From: Dendrobates tinctorius
Taxonomy: Eukaryota
Direction of reading: 5' to 3'
Assembly: GCF_039654945.1 (NCBI RefSeq)
Contig: NW_027361868.1
Coordinates: 13,888,001 to 13,952,000, forward strand
Length of the DNA: 64,000 nt
The notes beneath the pieces were generated by a model. That model ran no database searches. It was given only the letters and a program-made list of their open reading frames with translations, and was not told the origin of the DNA. The stretch's first letter is position 1. Each line of letters starts with the position of its first letter. The translations under genes and the position numbers were made by a program. Of this stretch, positions 22,494 to 35,015 are shown piece after piece.

Positions 22494-23500
22494 ACTAGTG
22501 CTACCCTGTCCTAACCTAAGGAGGGCTTATTGCTAGGGTCAGGCTGGGATAAGGTTCCTGCGCAGTGATAGGTGTAAAACTTATATAGGGCAGATAGGGT
22601 GACTTTAGATCTGCCTAGGGGTCCCCATTTCCCCCTTCCCTAGGGTTGGCCTTCCTTCCCCTCATCCCTTTGTGTTGCGCTTAGTCTTTCTACACTGCAT
22701 GACACCCATACAGTGTTCTGTGGTGGTATTTAACATTCAAAAAAAAGTTCAGAACTTTATCTAGATTAAATGTCATCCATAGATTATAACATGTTCTGGG
22801 GTACATTTCGTTGGTATATAACTCTCAAAAAATATCAAAAATGTTTCGGTATTATATTGCTCACCCATAAAGCATTACTTGTTCTTGGGTATATTTAGGT
22901 GGTATCTAATCCTCCTAAAAATTGTTCAAAAATGTATTGGTATTATATTGCTCATCCTTAGAGTTTTATGTGTTCTTGGGTAGATTTAGGTGGTCTATAA
23001 CCCTCAAAACAAGTTGTCTAATTTTTCTCCAATATTGCTCATCCATAGAGTATTACGTCTTCTTGGGTACATTTCGATGGTATCTAACCCTCCATAAGAT
23101 TGTCTAAAAAGGTATTGGTATTATATTGCTCATCCACACAGTATTGCATCTTCTTGGCTACATTTTGGTGATGTATAAGCCTTCAAAAAATTAACAAAAT
23201 TAGCGATGATATATTGCTTTTCCATAGAGTATTACGGTATGTCTTCTTGGGTACATTTTGGTGGTATATAACCCTCAAAATCATTGTCAAAAATGTATTG
23301 GTATTATATTGCTCATCGATAGAGTACTGCTTGTTCTGTGGTACATTTTGTTGGAATATAACACTGCAAATAAGCAGTAAGAACATTTTCTGGATTCAAC
23401 TGCTCATCCATACAGTTGTACGTATTTTCTGTTACATTTCGGTGTTCTATAAAAATCACCAAAAACCTTGAATAAACTTATATGCATTCAATGATTCATC

Positions 23501-23787
23501 TCCTTGTGGAGAGTGACTTGCCAGGTCTGGCACACCAGTATGAGGAGACTTAAATGCCTTGCATGTTCCTCTGGGAAATTAGATATGCAAATTCTCTTCA
23601 GAGAGGAAGAGGACTCTAGTGCCACCTATGGGAAGTAGCAATCCAACAAGTCATCATCAACCCATTAATGAGCCTTGAAATATGACTTGGAATAAAAGCT
23701 AATTCAGAATCTCAATTTGCAGACGGTGTTTTGGGATATTGCCCCTTATCATCAGTACAAAGTTTGAGATCTGATTTGTGAATCTGT
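23501..23787 (-). mobile_element. Satellite-2/non-LTR retrozyme-like repeat, copy 2 (287 bp), inserted in the 90-bp satellite
   Basis: Homologous to 12770-13072; flanked by ATGATTCATC/ATGATTTATC (10-bp TSD, one mismatch); octamer ATGCAAAT at 23585-23592. Confidence 0.7.
23716..23762 (-). ncRNA. Type I hammerhead ribozyme motif, probably inactive (GAAA changed to AAAA)
   Basis: Minus strand: CTTTGTA-CTGATGA-taaGGGGcaatatCCC-AAAAC-ACC-GTC-TGCAAA. Confidence 0.65.
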
Positions 23788-25099
23788 ATGATTTATCCAT
23801 ATACTCTAGCGCGGTCCTTGTTACATTTTTGCTGCTATATTAAACTCTATAAAAAAAAAAACTTTCAAAACTTTTTATGGATTCAATTAGTCATCCATAG
23901 AGTATTATGTGCTTTCTCTTACATTTTGGCAGTATATTAAACTCTAAAAGAAACCTTCTAGAAATCTTTTATGAATTCAATGACTAATCCATACACTAAT
24001 GTGGTTCTTGTTACATTTCGCTTGTATATTAAACGCTGGTATCAAACTAGGTTAGATACTTCAGGTTATCAGCACGGTTTGACCCTGAACATTTGGTTAT
24101 TTTCACATCTGTATCAGAACCCTGTGTTTCAGATTCTGTCATATTTGATAGAAAAAAAATTTGTGGGTACCTCAAAAATGACAGATGTTTGTCCGCCCTC
24201 ACGCTTATACATTTCTTCCAGATACAAGTGTGCAGAAAATGAAGAAAAAAATGGAAATACTTCTTAAAAACACAAGGTGGCGACAGAGCACCAGTTAAAG
24301 TTCAAAGTAATGGCAATCAGCAGAGTAAAATGCTTTTCGGCTTTGGCGGAGACTCGTGATCAACTGCTAAAATCCGAGGAGACGTGATGTGAGTGCTAGA
24401 TACACGGCTCCAATGAATCACTGAGCGCCTGTCCGCTGAGGCTCCCCAGCCGTACACACGCTTAATAGGGCAGAGGACCAGACAATCCCTTTAACATTAG
24501 TGACACAAATATTCCTATTTCAGCAAATCAAGTCTTTTTTTTTTCTTAAACAAGACGTTTTATAATTTTCCAGCATACTTTGCAATTCCTCACAGTTCTT
24601 AGAGGGGTTTCTATTGTTGCCCAACCCCATACTAATGGGCCCAGGAGGCTGAAATAAAAAAAAATACTTTGCTCCTTGTCACCTCGGAGGTCCATTCCCC
24701 AGTGATCTGCTGGTATTGACATCCAGTGCTGATGACACTTGGGCGCTGCAGTCAATCAGCAGCCACTGATCTGCTGTAGCGTTCACATTTTTTCCTGAGT
24801 CAGCGGAAACCGTGTACTGATTGGCTGCAACGCTCACATCGCATGCCTACCGGATGCTAATCCTAAAATACTAGTGGGACGATGCATCGTCAGAAGGTGA
24901 ATGTTTGTTTTTTTTTAACTCCATTTGACTGTTATTAAAGTCATTGCTGCAAAAAGATCTTGGGGGGAGGAAGTAGCTGGGTCAAGAGTTTAAGAGAAGG
25001 TGGAGCTGGGCTGCTAGGGAGTTTGCAGTGATGTAGAATTGTAGTTCTACTGATGACTCATGCAGAGAAAATTGACCACCTGCTTCTACGGAGAGCTTA

Positions 25100-25488
25100 A
25101 GGCCCTTTTACATTTAGCGATGCACCAGTGATCCGACCCAGTCAGGATCGCTGGTGCATCGCTTAATGATCGCTAGTGAGCTTTCATATAGAAAGATCTC
25201 ACAGCGATGCAGCAGTGACGCAGCGCACGATACTCACCTTTCACACACAGCGATCCTGACGTCCTCCCGTCCACGCGTCGCTCGTCGTCACAGCAGGAAG
25301 TCTCAGCAGGAAGCGCCCAACGAGAAATTGGGCCGGACATTCTCGCGCGATCAGCGATGGACAGCGGGGGAGCCGGTCGTTGGTAAGTATCACACACAGC
25401 GATATCGCTAGCAATATCGCTATAACGTCACAAAACCAGTGACGTTTTAGCGATATTGCTAGCGATATCGCTTAGTGTAAAACCCCCT
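25100..25488. mobile_element. Harbinger-like MITE, same family as 43646-44036
   Basis: TTA flanks; shared internal sequence ...CACACAGCGATATCGCTAGCAATATCGCTATAACGTCACA... Confidence 0.8.
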
Positions 25489-27235
25489 TTAGAATGATTC
25501 ACATAATCAGTTTTTGATAACATGTTGTCATAGACCTAATGGAAAAGAGAGGAATGAACTGGGTGGGCAGGAAAAATGAGCAATTAAGTGCACAGTGCTA
25601 TATAATATGATGATTGCAATATATTAAGAGGATAAAAACTTTGATGGCCGTGTTTCTTTAAGGAGTTGTCAAGTAGTGGAGAGTCCCTCTAAAATCTCTG
25701 TTGAACTATACTACCATCTACTGTGTGCATGCAAGAACGTATTTGGGTGTCTGTTCTTTCAGAAAGGGTGGAGTGGTTGGTTAAATGAATGATATACTTG
25801 GGGTGCAGTCAGACGGACGTATACCACGAAGGAGCATCGCAATGCTGAGACTGGCCGGCGGCTTTGTTGACCCGATCAGAACAGCATGTATTTCTATGCA
25901 GCTGTCACACTTGGGTCAGGAGAGCCACCGGCCAGTCCGAGCATCGTCCTCCGTGTTATACTGTCGTCTGACTGTGCCCTTAGCAACATTTCAATAGCCA
26001 AAATCAGGATCCAGAAACACCGTGACATAACCTCACTTTTGGGAAGTGTTTGCATAAACATCGTCCCTTTTGCATTATCGGCAACTATGGAACGATTGTT
26101 CATCCAGCAAATTCTTATCTTGGACTTCACCTTTCCCTGTTTGTGATCTTTGTGCTGCTATCTGCTGCTCTACAGTTTTCTGAAAGCATTGGATGATTGT
26201 CAAAATGATGCAAATTTTGGAAAACCATGGGGGGGGGGGAAACCCCCAACATTTGCGATGCAGTCACAACATGTGATCGAAGTGGACATCTATTCCCTTT
26301 ACATTGGCACCGATGTACCTGACAGGACGACGCATTCAGCGAATTAATATTCTCCGTCTCTATTAATAGAATGGGGACCTGGCCGATACAATTTATCCCT
26401 GTTGAGATGGAAAAGTAGATCACCCACTTATCTCGACTTGTCTGCCTCTCCTTAATGACTTGTTCAACAGGATCCCGCATACAAGCTGCTCCCCCGGGCG
26501 CTAAGCCAGATCTGTCAATCCAAAAGTCAGGTGAAACGAGAAGAACGGCGAGCAGAGAGGTGGGTGACGTGCCGCCCCTCTAAGGCAAAGCATTGTGGAG
26601 TTGTAATATCGACTTCAGTCTTTTCCCAGAGTTTGTGCTGCCAGTCATATTTGTCATGCATGTGTAAATAATTGTTTGCCGATTTATTCTATTAAGCCTC
26701 ATTCAAACAAATATTGAATAATTTGAATACCATATCATTTTACCAATTACAGGTAGGTTTAGCTGCTGGGAAGAGATGAGTGAATTTCCCGAAACGATTC
26801 AACGCAAATTGAAATTATTCCAAAGGTTCCAAATATCAAAATATAAAAATTTTTAGTAAGTAACGTGCCTAATGGAGGCAACAAACCACTATGGCATGCG
26901 CCTGCTACTACTGGATGGCTGGCCGGTGCTGACAGTGCTGCTGCTCTTTGCACCACAGCCCCCCATACTGTTACTGACACATGACATATGGCACTTAGCG
27001 TTTTCTTTTATGTTTCCTCATCTCATTTTTTTGCACCTGTGCCCTTTTTTTTTTTTTTTGCCGCACCCAACATTGACTCCCTAAATTGTTACAAATTCAA
27101 CAGTATGATCTTTAACAGTTTGATGCAGAAAAGCAGACACTGCTCATGTGCACAAAGTGATTGCCATACAAGATCAAACTGATGGAAGCAATTGTGGAGC
27201 TGATCGTAGGACTAGCTGCGTAACACCGTGTCTGC

Positions 27236-27944
27236 GACTCCTATTTCTCTCCCTCTTTATTTACAAATTTCTTTTAATTAAATGTATTCTCTCTTTTAGT
27301 CACTAGCCTCGATAACTGAGCTATGAGATCTTCCCTTATAACCACATTGCCCATAAAATGGCAGCAGCATCTCCTGCTTAGGCTTTTATATTGACTGATC
27401 ATCAGTGACTTCTGACTCCTATTTCTCTCCCTCTGTATTTACAAATTTCTTTTAATTAAATGTATTCTCTCTTTTAATCACTAGCCTCGATAACTGAGCT
27501 ATGAGATCTTCCCTTATAACCACATTGCCCATAAAATGGCAGCAGCATCTCCTGCTTAGGCTTTTATATTGGCTGATCATCAGTGACTTCTGACTCCTAT
27601 TTCTCTCCCTCTGTATTTACAAATTTCTTTTAATTAAATGTATTCTCTCTTTTAATCACTAGCCTCGATAACTGAGCTATGAGATCTTCCCTTATAACCA
27701 CATTGCCCATAAAATGGCAGCAGCATCTCCTGCTTAGGCTTTTATATTGACTGATCATCAGTGACTTCTGACTCCTATTTCTCTCCCTCTGTATTTACAA
27801 ATTTCTTTTCATTAAATGTATTCTCTCTTTTAATCACTAGCCTCGATAACTGAGCTATGAGATCTTCCCTTATAACCACATTGCCCATAAAATGGCAGCA
27901 GCATCTCCTGCTTAGGCTTTTATATTGGCTGATCATCAGTGACG
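27236..27944. repeat. 178-bp tandem repeat, 4 near-identical copies
   Basis: Unit starts GACTCCTATTTCTCTCCC at 27236, 27414, 27592 and 27770. Confidence 0.95.
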
Positions 27945-30900
27945 TCTGGCTAGGCTTTATGATGGGATAACAGGAAGGCGTTATGGGGCATCTGTATTAT
28001 GGTGTGGTGCCTTTTTTGATGATTTAATAGAATCTCAAATTATTTGGATTCACAAACTATCATGAATTTCATAAAATTTGTACTGAACTCAGTTTAATGC
28101 AGAATTGATTCACTCATTTCTACTGCTGAGTATTTTGGCAAGGATGTGGCAATAATAATAATAAAAAAAGAAAGGTAGAATGGAAAGCGAAAGGCCAATA
28201 CAAAAACAGAAATTCAAGCCTGAAAGAAATATAGGGAGGACTCAACGCGCAGCCAAAGTCAAAATCATCAAAGAGTCCAGCATCGAAGGTCTCAAATCTG
28301 AAACCAAAGAAGCAAGATTTCGGACACTTGGAAGCCTATAACTATGTTCAGGAGATTGGGATACTTTAAGTAGTGAGGAAATGTTGGTCATGGTCTGGTG
28401 GTGGGTTGTCTTCAAGCAAATATGCCACCTGCAGTGACATCAATGGGTCGCACTGGTTGCATTGCAATAATAACTGGTTGTGGCAAAGAGAGACTAGCTG
28501 GAACAGGAGTAAATTAACCGGTGGTCAAACACCAAAAATAGCATCTGATGAGCCATCACAGATTCTTATTGGAAGAGGGGAATAAGCGGCGGTCAGACAT
28601 CGGTTTCTCCCCCCCCCCCCGAGAACAAAAGGATATCGCTGATATCTGCTGGAAATTCATGACACCCCCTATATACATTATAAGGTTGGCAGTTTCCACC
28701 AAAATGTGCAAGTTGGTCAACATTCATCTAATGTGTATGGCCACCTAAACAGGTTGAGGTCCTGAAGGGTCTTTATGAAGAGTTTCTTTAAAACCTTGTT
28801 TGAGAACCGCTTATTCAACGCTCCCCATTGAGAATCTACGTGGGCTCGACATTAAACCTCTTCCAGACACCTCTGTTGGCGGATTACCTCCCCTGAAAAC
28901 AAAGGGATCGGGCATGCTTAAATTCAAGATGCCCAACTCTTCTCTCCACTGATATCTGCTGGAGCACTACAATCAGGACACCCCCATATTCATTAGATGG
29001 CTGGATGTTCTCAACAAAATCTGAGTTGGCCAACATTCATCTAATGCGTATGGCCAGTTGAGGTCCTAGATGATCTGTATGTTGGTGGGTTCCAAAATAC
29101 CTCGTTTGTTGGAGCTTGATGTTCATGCAGGAAGAATGGATGAGTGGCTCAAGAACCCTATTCTAGAAATCAATGGGAGTCCCAATAATCAAACGTTTAT
29201 TGCAGATACTGTCAGATAAATGTCCTTTTAATGAGCTCCTCTTGGTGGTGGTGGTGGCAGACAGGCAGAATTTATTATTCAACTCTATGAAAGGATTCCC
29301 AGTATTCAACAAGGTTTTATATTTTTATGATTTATTTTAATAATTTTTATTATTTTGTACCATCGTTATTGCCACCACTTACAGCCAGTTATATTGTGCC
29401 ACATAATATCCTTATAAATTAGTCTATTTTCCAGCAACATGGAATGGAATATGGGATTTAACGAGAAAAAGAAATTGAATTTTTGCCAATGTTTTTACCT
29501 GCATTTATTTCTCTGTCTATAGCGGGACGGAGAGCTGTAGACTGAGTTTTGCCTTTTGATATGGATATGAAGATGAATTTTGCTTCCTTTGCACGGCATT
29601 AATAGCTGGTTCAGTATAACAACTGTGTATGTGAAAATAAACGGCAGAAGTGTCAGACGGCCGGGAGATATACGCTCTTGTAAATATCCCGTAAATTATA
29701 CAAGTTTGCTCTATTTTATCTCGCATAGATTATACTACTGAATAAATCCGTCAGCTGTCGGAGCGGCTGGCTGTACCGGATCCCAATGAATGGAGATATA
29801 TGTATTATTTAAGCTGCACGTTGCAACCTCATGTATGTTTAATTGTGCATAATCAATGCGCCACTTGTCCTCTCCCTGAATAATAACACATTTCATTGTT
29901 TACAGCTTAATATGCATGTTATTTCTGCAGCGGAGGCATAAATTACATTATTCTGTAAATTATAATATAGTTTATATATATATTGTATGAACAGCTCCTT
30001 CCTTATGATGGCGCCGCGTGCGGTTCCATTGGCATTCCCCATATGAAATAATGTCTCCAAATGAGAAAACACCTGTACAGTACCAGAATGCAAGCGCCGT
30101 ACAATGACTACATAAATAATACCGCTTCATATATTCGATCGGCGCTCAACATGGTCATTGATCTGTTAATGTCAAAGGAAGTTCTCCAAGCTGCCAAAAA
30201 TAATCTAATGTTTTCAAACTGATAAAATATGAGACTTACTCTTTTATCGCAGACGCCAATGAAGCCAGAGCATGCGGATACTGTGGTCTGCGGTGGGACA
30301 GGAAATGATGCTGCAGGCTCCTGTCTGCTGCAGCCAATCACAAGCTTAAGCGGTTAAGTGACCGACGAATCGGTCCTCATCGCTTCCTGTCCTGTCTCAG
30401 ACAACCGGAGAGGTTACGGACAGTTCCTTTTAGGGATTCTCTAGTCTCCATCATTCCGAATATGCTGCATATTAAAGGAATATCAGATTAAAGGTTTTGT
30501 TCACTAATGCACAAGCCCTAATTAATGTCATACAGTAGGGGACCTGACTTTAAAATAGTTTGCAGCATATCTTCTTTGTCATACAGGTCTCATCCACACT
30601 CAAACAATTCTTTCTCTTTCAGAAAACTCCTGGTTGGGTGTCCATCTGCTGGATTGGGTGTAGTGGAAGACCTGTTGGTTCCTGTTATACTATCTATACT
30701 GTGGTGAAATTGATGCCACTTTGGTATTGTTTGCTAATAATTTTTGGGAATATGAACACTCCTGGTTGGGTCCCTTTCATGTGGGTTGCCTGTAGCAGTA
30801 GGCCTCCGAGACCATCTCGTCTCCACTTGCTTGGAGTCAACTACCTGTGTCACTATCCTTGAAATTTTTCTGACAATGGTAGTCTAGAAAACTGATATTT

Positions 30901-31410
30901 GTGCCACCTGAGTGTGGCTCAGCATGACAGGAGGTAGAGGTGTTGTATGTGGTATCAGGGCTCCCAGCAAAGGGGCCCTACACCGATCCCTCACTCACCT
31001 CGTCTTACTGTGACGTTCAAATGAAAGCTGTAAATGCTGTCCCAGACCGCGATACTTCATGCCTAGCTGATTGCTGCAGTTCCATGCTGCAATTTGTACT
31101 GTGGGTGAATTGAGGCCACTTTCCTGGTGTCTGGCCCTCATTTGATGCGTTTTGGCAGCATTTGGGGCTGTTATAAGGTGTTGTGCATGCGTTTGTTTTT
31201 GCCTCCCATTGACCTAAATGGCGCTTGGTTAAGTTCGGTGAATATTCAACGAATTAATGGGCGAATATTGCAAATTCGGCGACCGTAAACCGAACATTGA
31301 AATATTCGCTCATCTCTCTAATCTACAACCACCGCAATCCCTTTTTTGTAATACAGTATATGATCGTATTAGGCTGTTCCTAAGATATGTGGACGATATT
31401 TTTATAGTAT

Positions 31411-31503
31411 CATAGAATCATAGAATCGTAGAGTTGGAAGGGACCTCCTGGGCCATCTGGTCCAACCCCCTGCTCAAAGCAGGATTCGCTAAATCATCCC
31501 AGT
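31411..31503 (-). mobile_element. Short CR1 LINE 3' fragment inserted just after the PLE YVDD motif
   Basis: CATAGAATCATAGAAT tail and similarity to 61925-62000; TSD TAGTAT (31405-31410, 31504-31509). Confidence 0.8.
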
Positions 31504-31929
31504 TAGTATGGGCAAGCACCCAGGACCAGTTACATGAATTTGCCTCTTGCCTCAATATTTCAAATGGAATGAAGATGAGATTCACTTCAAATTTGGAGGC
31601 TCGAGTTTAGTGTTCTTGGATGTTAAAACAGAGGTGCACAAAAAACTCTCTGCTTCCAATTCATTTTTTTATATAGAAAAACTATAGGAATAAAAAGAGC
31701 GCAATAGGGTCTTATCCGAGTTGATGTTTGAAAGAAATAAAAGAAATACACTCACCCTTTCCAGGAGAGATTTAAACACATAAGATCAGTCATCAGCTTG
31801 CTGCACGTCTAAAGGTCCACTCAGTGACCGCCATAACATTAAACTTATAATGGAACAAAAATTCATGGACTTGAGTGCGTTGCTGAACAAATATCGAATC
31901 CAGATTAGATAAAAGGATTAACCATTTAT

Positions 31930-31973
31930 TTCCAACGCGTTTCGAAGTAGATAATACTTCTTCCTCAGGGGAT
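31930..31973 (-). ncRNA. Minimal type I hammerhead ribozyme motif (Penelope-type)
   Basis: Minus strand: atccc-CTGAGGA-a-GAAGTA-ttatc-TACTTC-GAAAC-GC-GTT-ggaaa; 6-bp stem II, palindromic ACGCGT stem III, weak stem I. Confidence 0.6.
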
Positions 31974-31994
31974 GACATCGAGGAAGAAGTATTA

Positions 31995-34900
31995 CCGTAT
32001 ATACTTGTGTATAAGCCGAGATTTTAAGCCCATTTTTTTGGGCTGAAAGTCCCCCTCTCGGCTTATACACGAGTCATATACCGGGGGGATCGGCAGGGGA
32101 GGGGGAGCGGGGGTGTCAGATCATACTCACCCTTCTCGGTAGCTCCCCTGCTTGTTCTATGTTGTCGGCGCTGCTCTCTTCCTGCTTCAGCTGTCAAATG
32201 GTACCCGCTCATTAAATATGCGCATATTTAATGAGCGGGTACCACGTGACCGCTGAACCAGGAAGACAGCAGCGCCGACAACATGGAGCAACAAGCAGGG
32301 GAGCTGCAGAGACAAGCGCCAGGACCCGGTGAGTATGAACGCGGGGGGTTGGGAGGCATAGTCACCTGTCCCTGCGCTCTGCTGTCTTGCGTCCTCTGCA
32401 GTGACATTCAGGACAGAGAGCGCTATCGCTCTCTGCCTGCACAGTCACTGCAGAGCGCAACGCTGATGAGCAGGGGGCAGCGACTGAGGTGAGCATACAG
32501 GTTTTTTTTTTTCTTTTTTTGTAAGGGAGGCAGCGGCAGCAGCAACATGCTGGGGCCACTCACTGTGCATCATAACTGGGGCCACTCACTGTGCATCATA
32601 ACTGGGGCCACTCACTGTGCATCATAACTGGGGCCACTCACTGTGCATCATAACTGGGGCCACTCACTGTGCATCATAACTGGGGCCACTCACTGTGCAT
32701 CATAACTGGGGCCACTCACTGTGCATCATAACTGGGGCCACTCACTGTGCATCATAACTGGGGCCACTCACTGTGCATCATAACTGGGGCCACTCACTGT
32801 GCAGATAACTGGGGCCACTCACTGTGCATAACTGGGGCCACTCACTGTGCAGAAAAGCTGGGGCCACTCACTGTGCATCATAACTGGGGCCACTCACTGT
32901 GCATAACTGGGGCCACTCACTGTGCAGAAAAGCTGGGGCCACTCACTGTGCATCATAACTGGGGCCACTCACTGTGCAGAAAAGCTGGGGCCACTCACTG
33001 TGCATCATAACTGGGGCCACTCACTGTGCATCATAACTGGGGCCACTCACTGTGCATCATAACTGGGGCCACTCACTGTGCATCATAACTGGGGCCACTC
33101 ACTGTGCATCATAACTGGGGCCACTCACTGTGCAGAAAAGCTGGGGCCACTCACTGTGCATCATAACTGGGGCCACTCACTGTGCATCATAACTGGGGCC
33201 ACTCACTGTGCATCATAACTGGGGCCACTCACTGTGCATCATAACTGGGGCCACTCACTGTGCAGAAAAGCTGGGGCCACTCACTGTGCAGAAAAGCTGG
33301 GGCCACTCACTGTGCATCATAACTGGGGCCACTCACTGTGCATCATAACTGGGGCCACTCACTGTGCATCATAACTGGGGCCACTCACTGTGCATCATAA
33401 CTGGGGCCACTCACTGTGCATCATAACTGGGGCCACTCACTGTGCATCATAACTGGGGCCACTCACTGTGCATCATAACTGGGGCCACTCACTGTGCATC
33501 ATAACTGGGGCCACTCACTGTGCAGAAAAGCTGGGGCCACTCACTGTGCAGAAAAGCTGGGGCCACTCACTGTGCATCATAACTGGGGCCACTCACTGTG
33601 CATCATAACTGGGGCCACTCACTGTGCATCATAACTGGGGCCACTCACTGTGCATCATAACTGGGGCCACTCACTGTGCATCATAACTGGGGCCACTCAC
33701 TGTGCATCATAACTGGGGCCACTCACTGTGCATCATAACTGGGGCCACTCACTGTGCATCATAACTGGGGCCACTCACTGTGCATAACTGGGGCCACTCA
33801 CTGTGCAGCATTATCTGGGGCCACTCACTGTGCAGCATTATCTGGGGCCACTCACTGTGCAGCATTATCTGGGGCCACTCACTGTGCATAACTGGGGCCA
33901 CTCACTGTGCAGAAAAGCTGGGGCCACTCACTGTGCAAAACTGGGGCTACTCACTGTGCAAAGCTGGGGCCACTCACTGTGCAGAAAAGCTGGGGCCACT
34001 CACTGTGCAGAAAAGCTGGGGCCACTCACTGTGCAGAAAAGCTGGGGCCACTCACTGTGCAGAAAAGCTGGGGCCACTCACTGTGCATCATAACTGGGGC
34101 CACTCACTGTGCATCATAACTGGGGCCACTCACTGTGCATCATAACTGGGGCCACTCACTGTGCAGATAACTGGGGCCACTCACTGTGCATCATAACTGG
34201 GGCCACTCACTGTGCATCATAACTGGGGCCACTCACTGTGCAGCATTATCTGGGGCCACTCACTGTGCATCATAACTGGGGCCACTCACTGTGCAGAAAA
34301 GCTGGGGCCACTCACTGTGCAGAAAAGCTGGGGCCACTCACTGTGCATCATAACTGGGGCCACTCACTGTGCATCATAACTGGGGCCACTCACTGTGCAT
34401 CATAACTGGGGCCACTCACTGTGCATCATAACTGGGGCCACTCACTGTGCATCATAACTGGGGCCACTCACTGTGCATCATAACTGGGGCCACTCACTGT
34501 GCATCATAACTGGGGCCACTCACTGTGCATCATAACTGGGGCCACTCACTGTGCAGAAAAGCGGGGGCCACTCACTGTGCATGATAACTGGGGCCACTCA
34601 CTGTGCAGCATTAACTGGGGCCACTCACTGTGCAGCATTATCTGGGGCCACTCACTGTGCATCATAACTGGGGCCACTCACTGTGCAGAAAAGCTGGGGC
34701 CACTCACTGCAGAAAAGCTGGGGCCACTCACTGTGCATCATAACTGGGGCCACTCACTGTGCATCATAACTGGGGCCACTCACTGTGCATCATAACTGGG
34801 GCCACTCACTGTGCAGAAAAGCTGGGGCCACTCACTGCAGATAACTGGGGCCACTCACTGTGCATCATAACTGGGGCCACACACTGCAGATAACTGAGGC

Positions 34901-35015
34901 CACTCACTGTGCACCCTCGGCTTATACACGAGTCAATAAGTTTTCCAAGTTTTTTGTGGCAAAAATAGGGGGGGTCGGCTTATACTCGGATCGGCTTATA
35001 CTCGAGCATATACGG
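31995..35015. mobile_element. Tc2/pogo-like (Tc1-mariner superfamily) non-autonomous element carrying an expanded minisatellite
   Basis: TIRs CCGTATATACTTGTGTATAAGCCGA ... TCGGCTTATACTCGAGCATATACGG with TA TSD. Confidence 0.88.
32549..34912. repeat. 26-bp minisatellite (about 90 units), core CTGGGGCCACTCACTGTGCA plus a variable linker (TCATAA / GAAAAG / GCATTAT / TAA / GATAA)
   Basis: Directly visible; explains the repetitive ORFs at 32747-35129. Confidence 0.97.

Larger units (their letters stand above)
16588..22704 (+). mobile_element. Solo Gypsy-type LTR (~550 bp net) split by the DIRS insertion
   Basis: Termini T(A)TCACG ... CATGACA flanked by 5-bp TSD CCCAT (16583-16587, 22705-22709); the reverse complement of the right part resembles the LTR at 54258-55313. 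Confidence 0.7.
22705..24035. repeat. Degenerate AT-rich ~90-bp tandem repeat, right part
   Basis: GCTCATCCATAGAGTATTA...CTTGGGTACATTT...GGTATATAACCCTC...AAAATGTATTGGTATTATATT recurs at about 22859, 22950, 23037, 23127, 23217, 23311 and 23402. Confidence 0.8.

Noticed and set aside
28544-28575. CTGATGAG as another hammerhead core (also at 32463, 44600 and 47529)
   Set aside because: No stem II followed by GAAA and a UH site.
32549-34912. CRISPR-like array (constant repeat plus variable spacer)
   Set aside because: The linkers are only 3-9 nt and are reused many times; there are no cas genes and the context is eukaryotic. It is a minisatellite.
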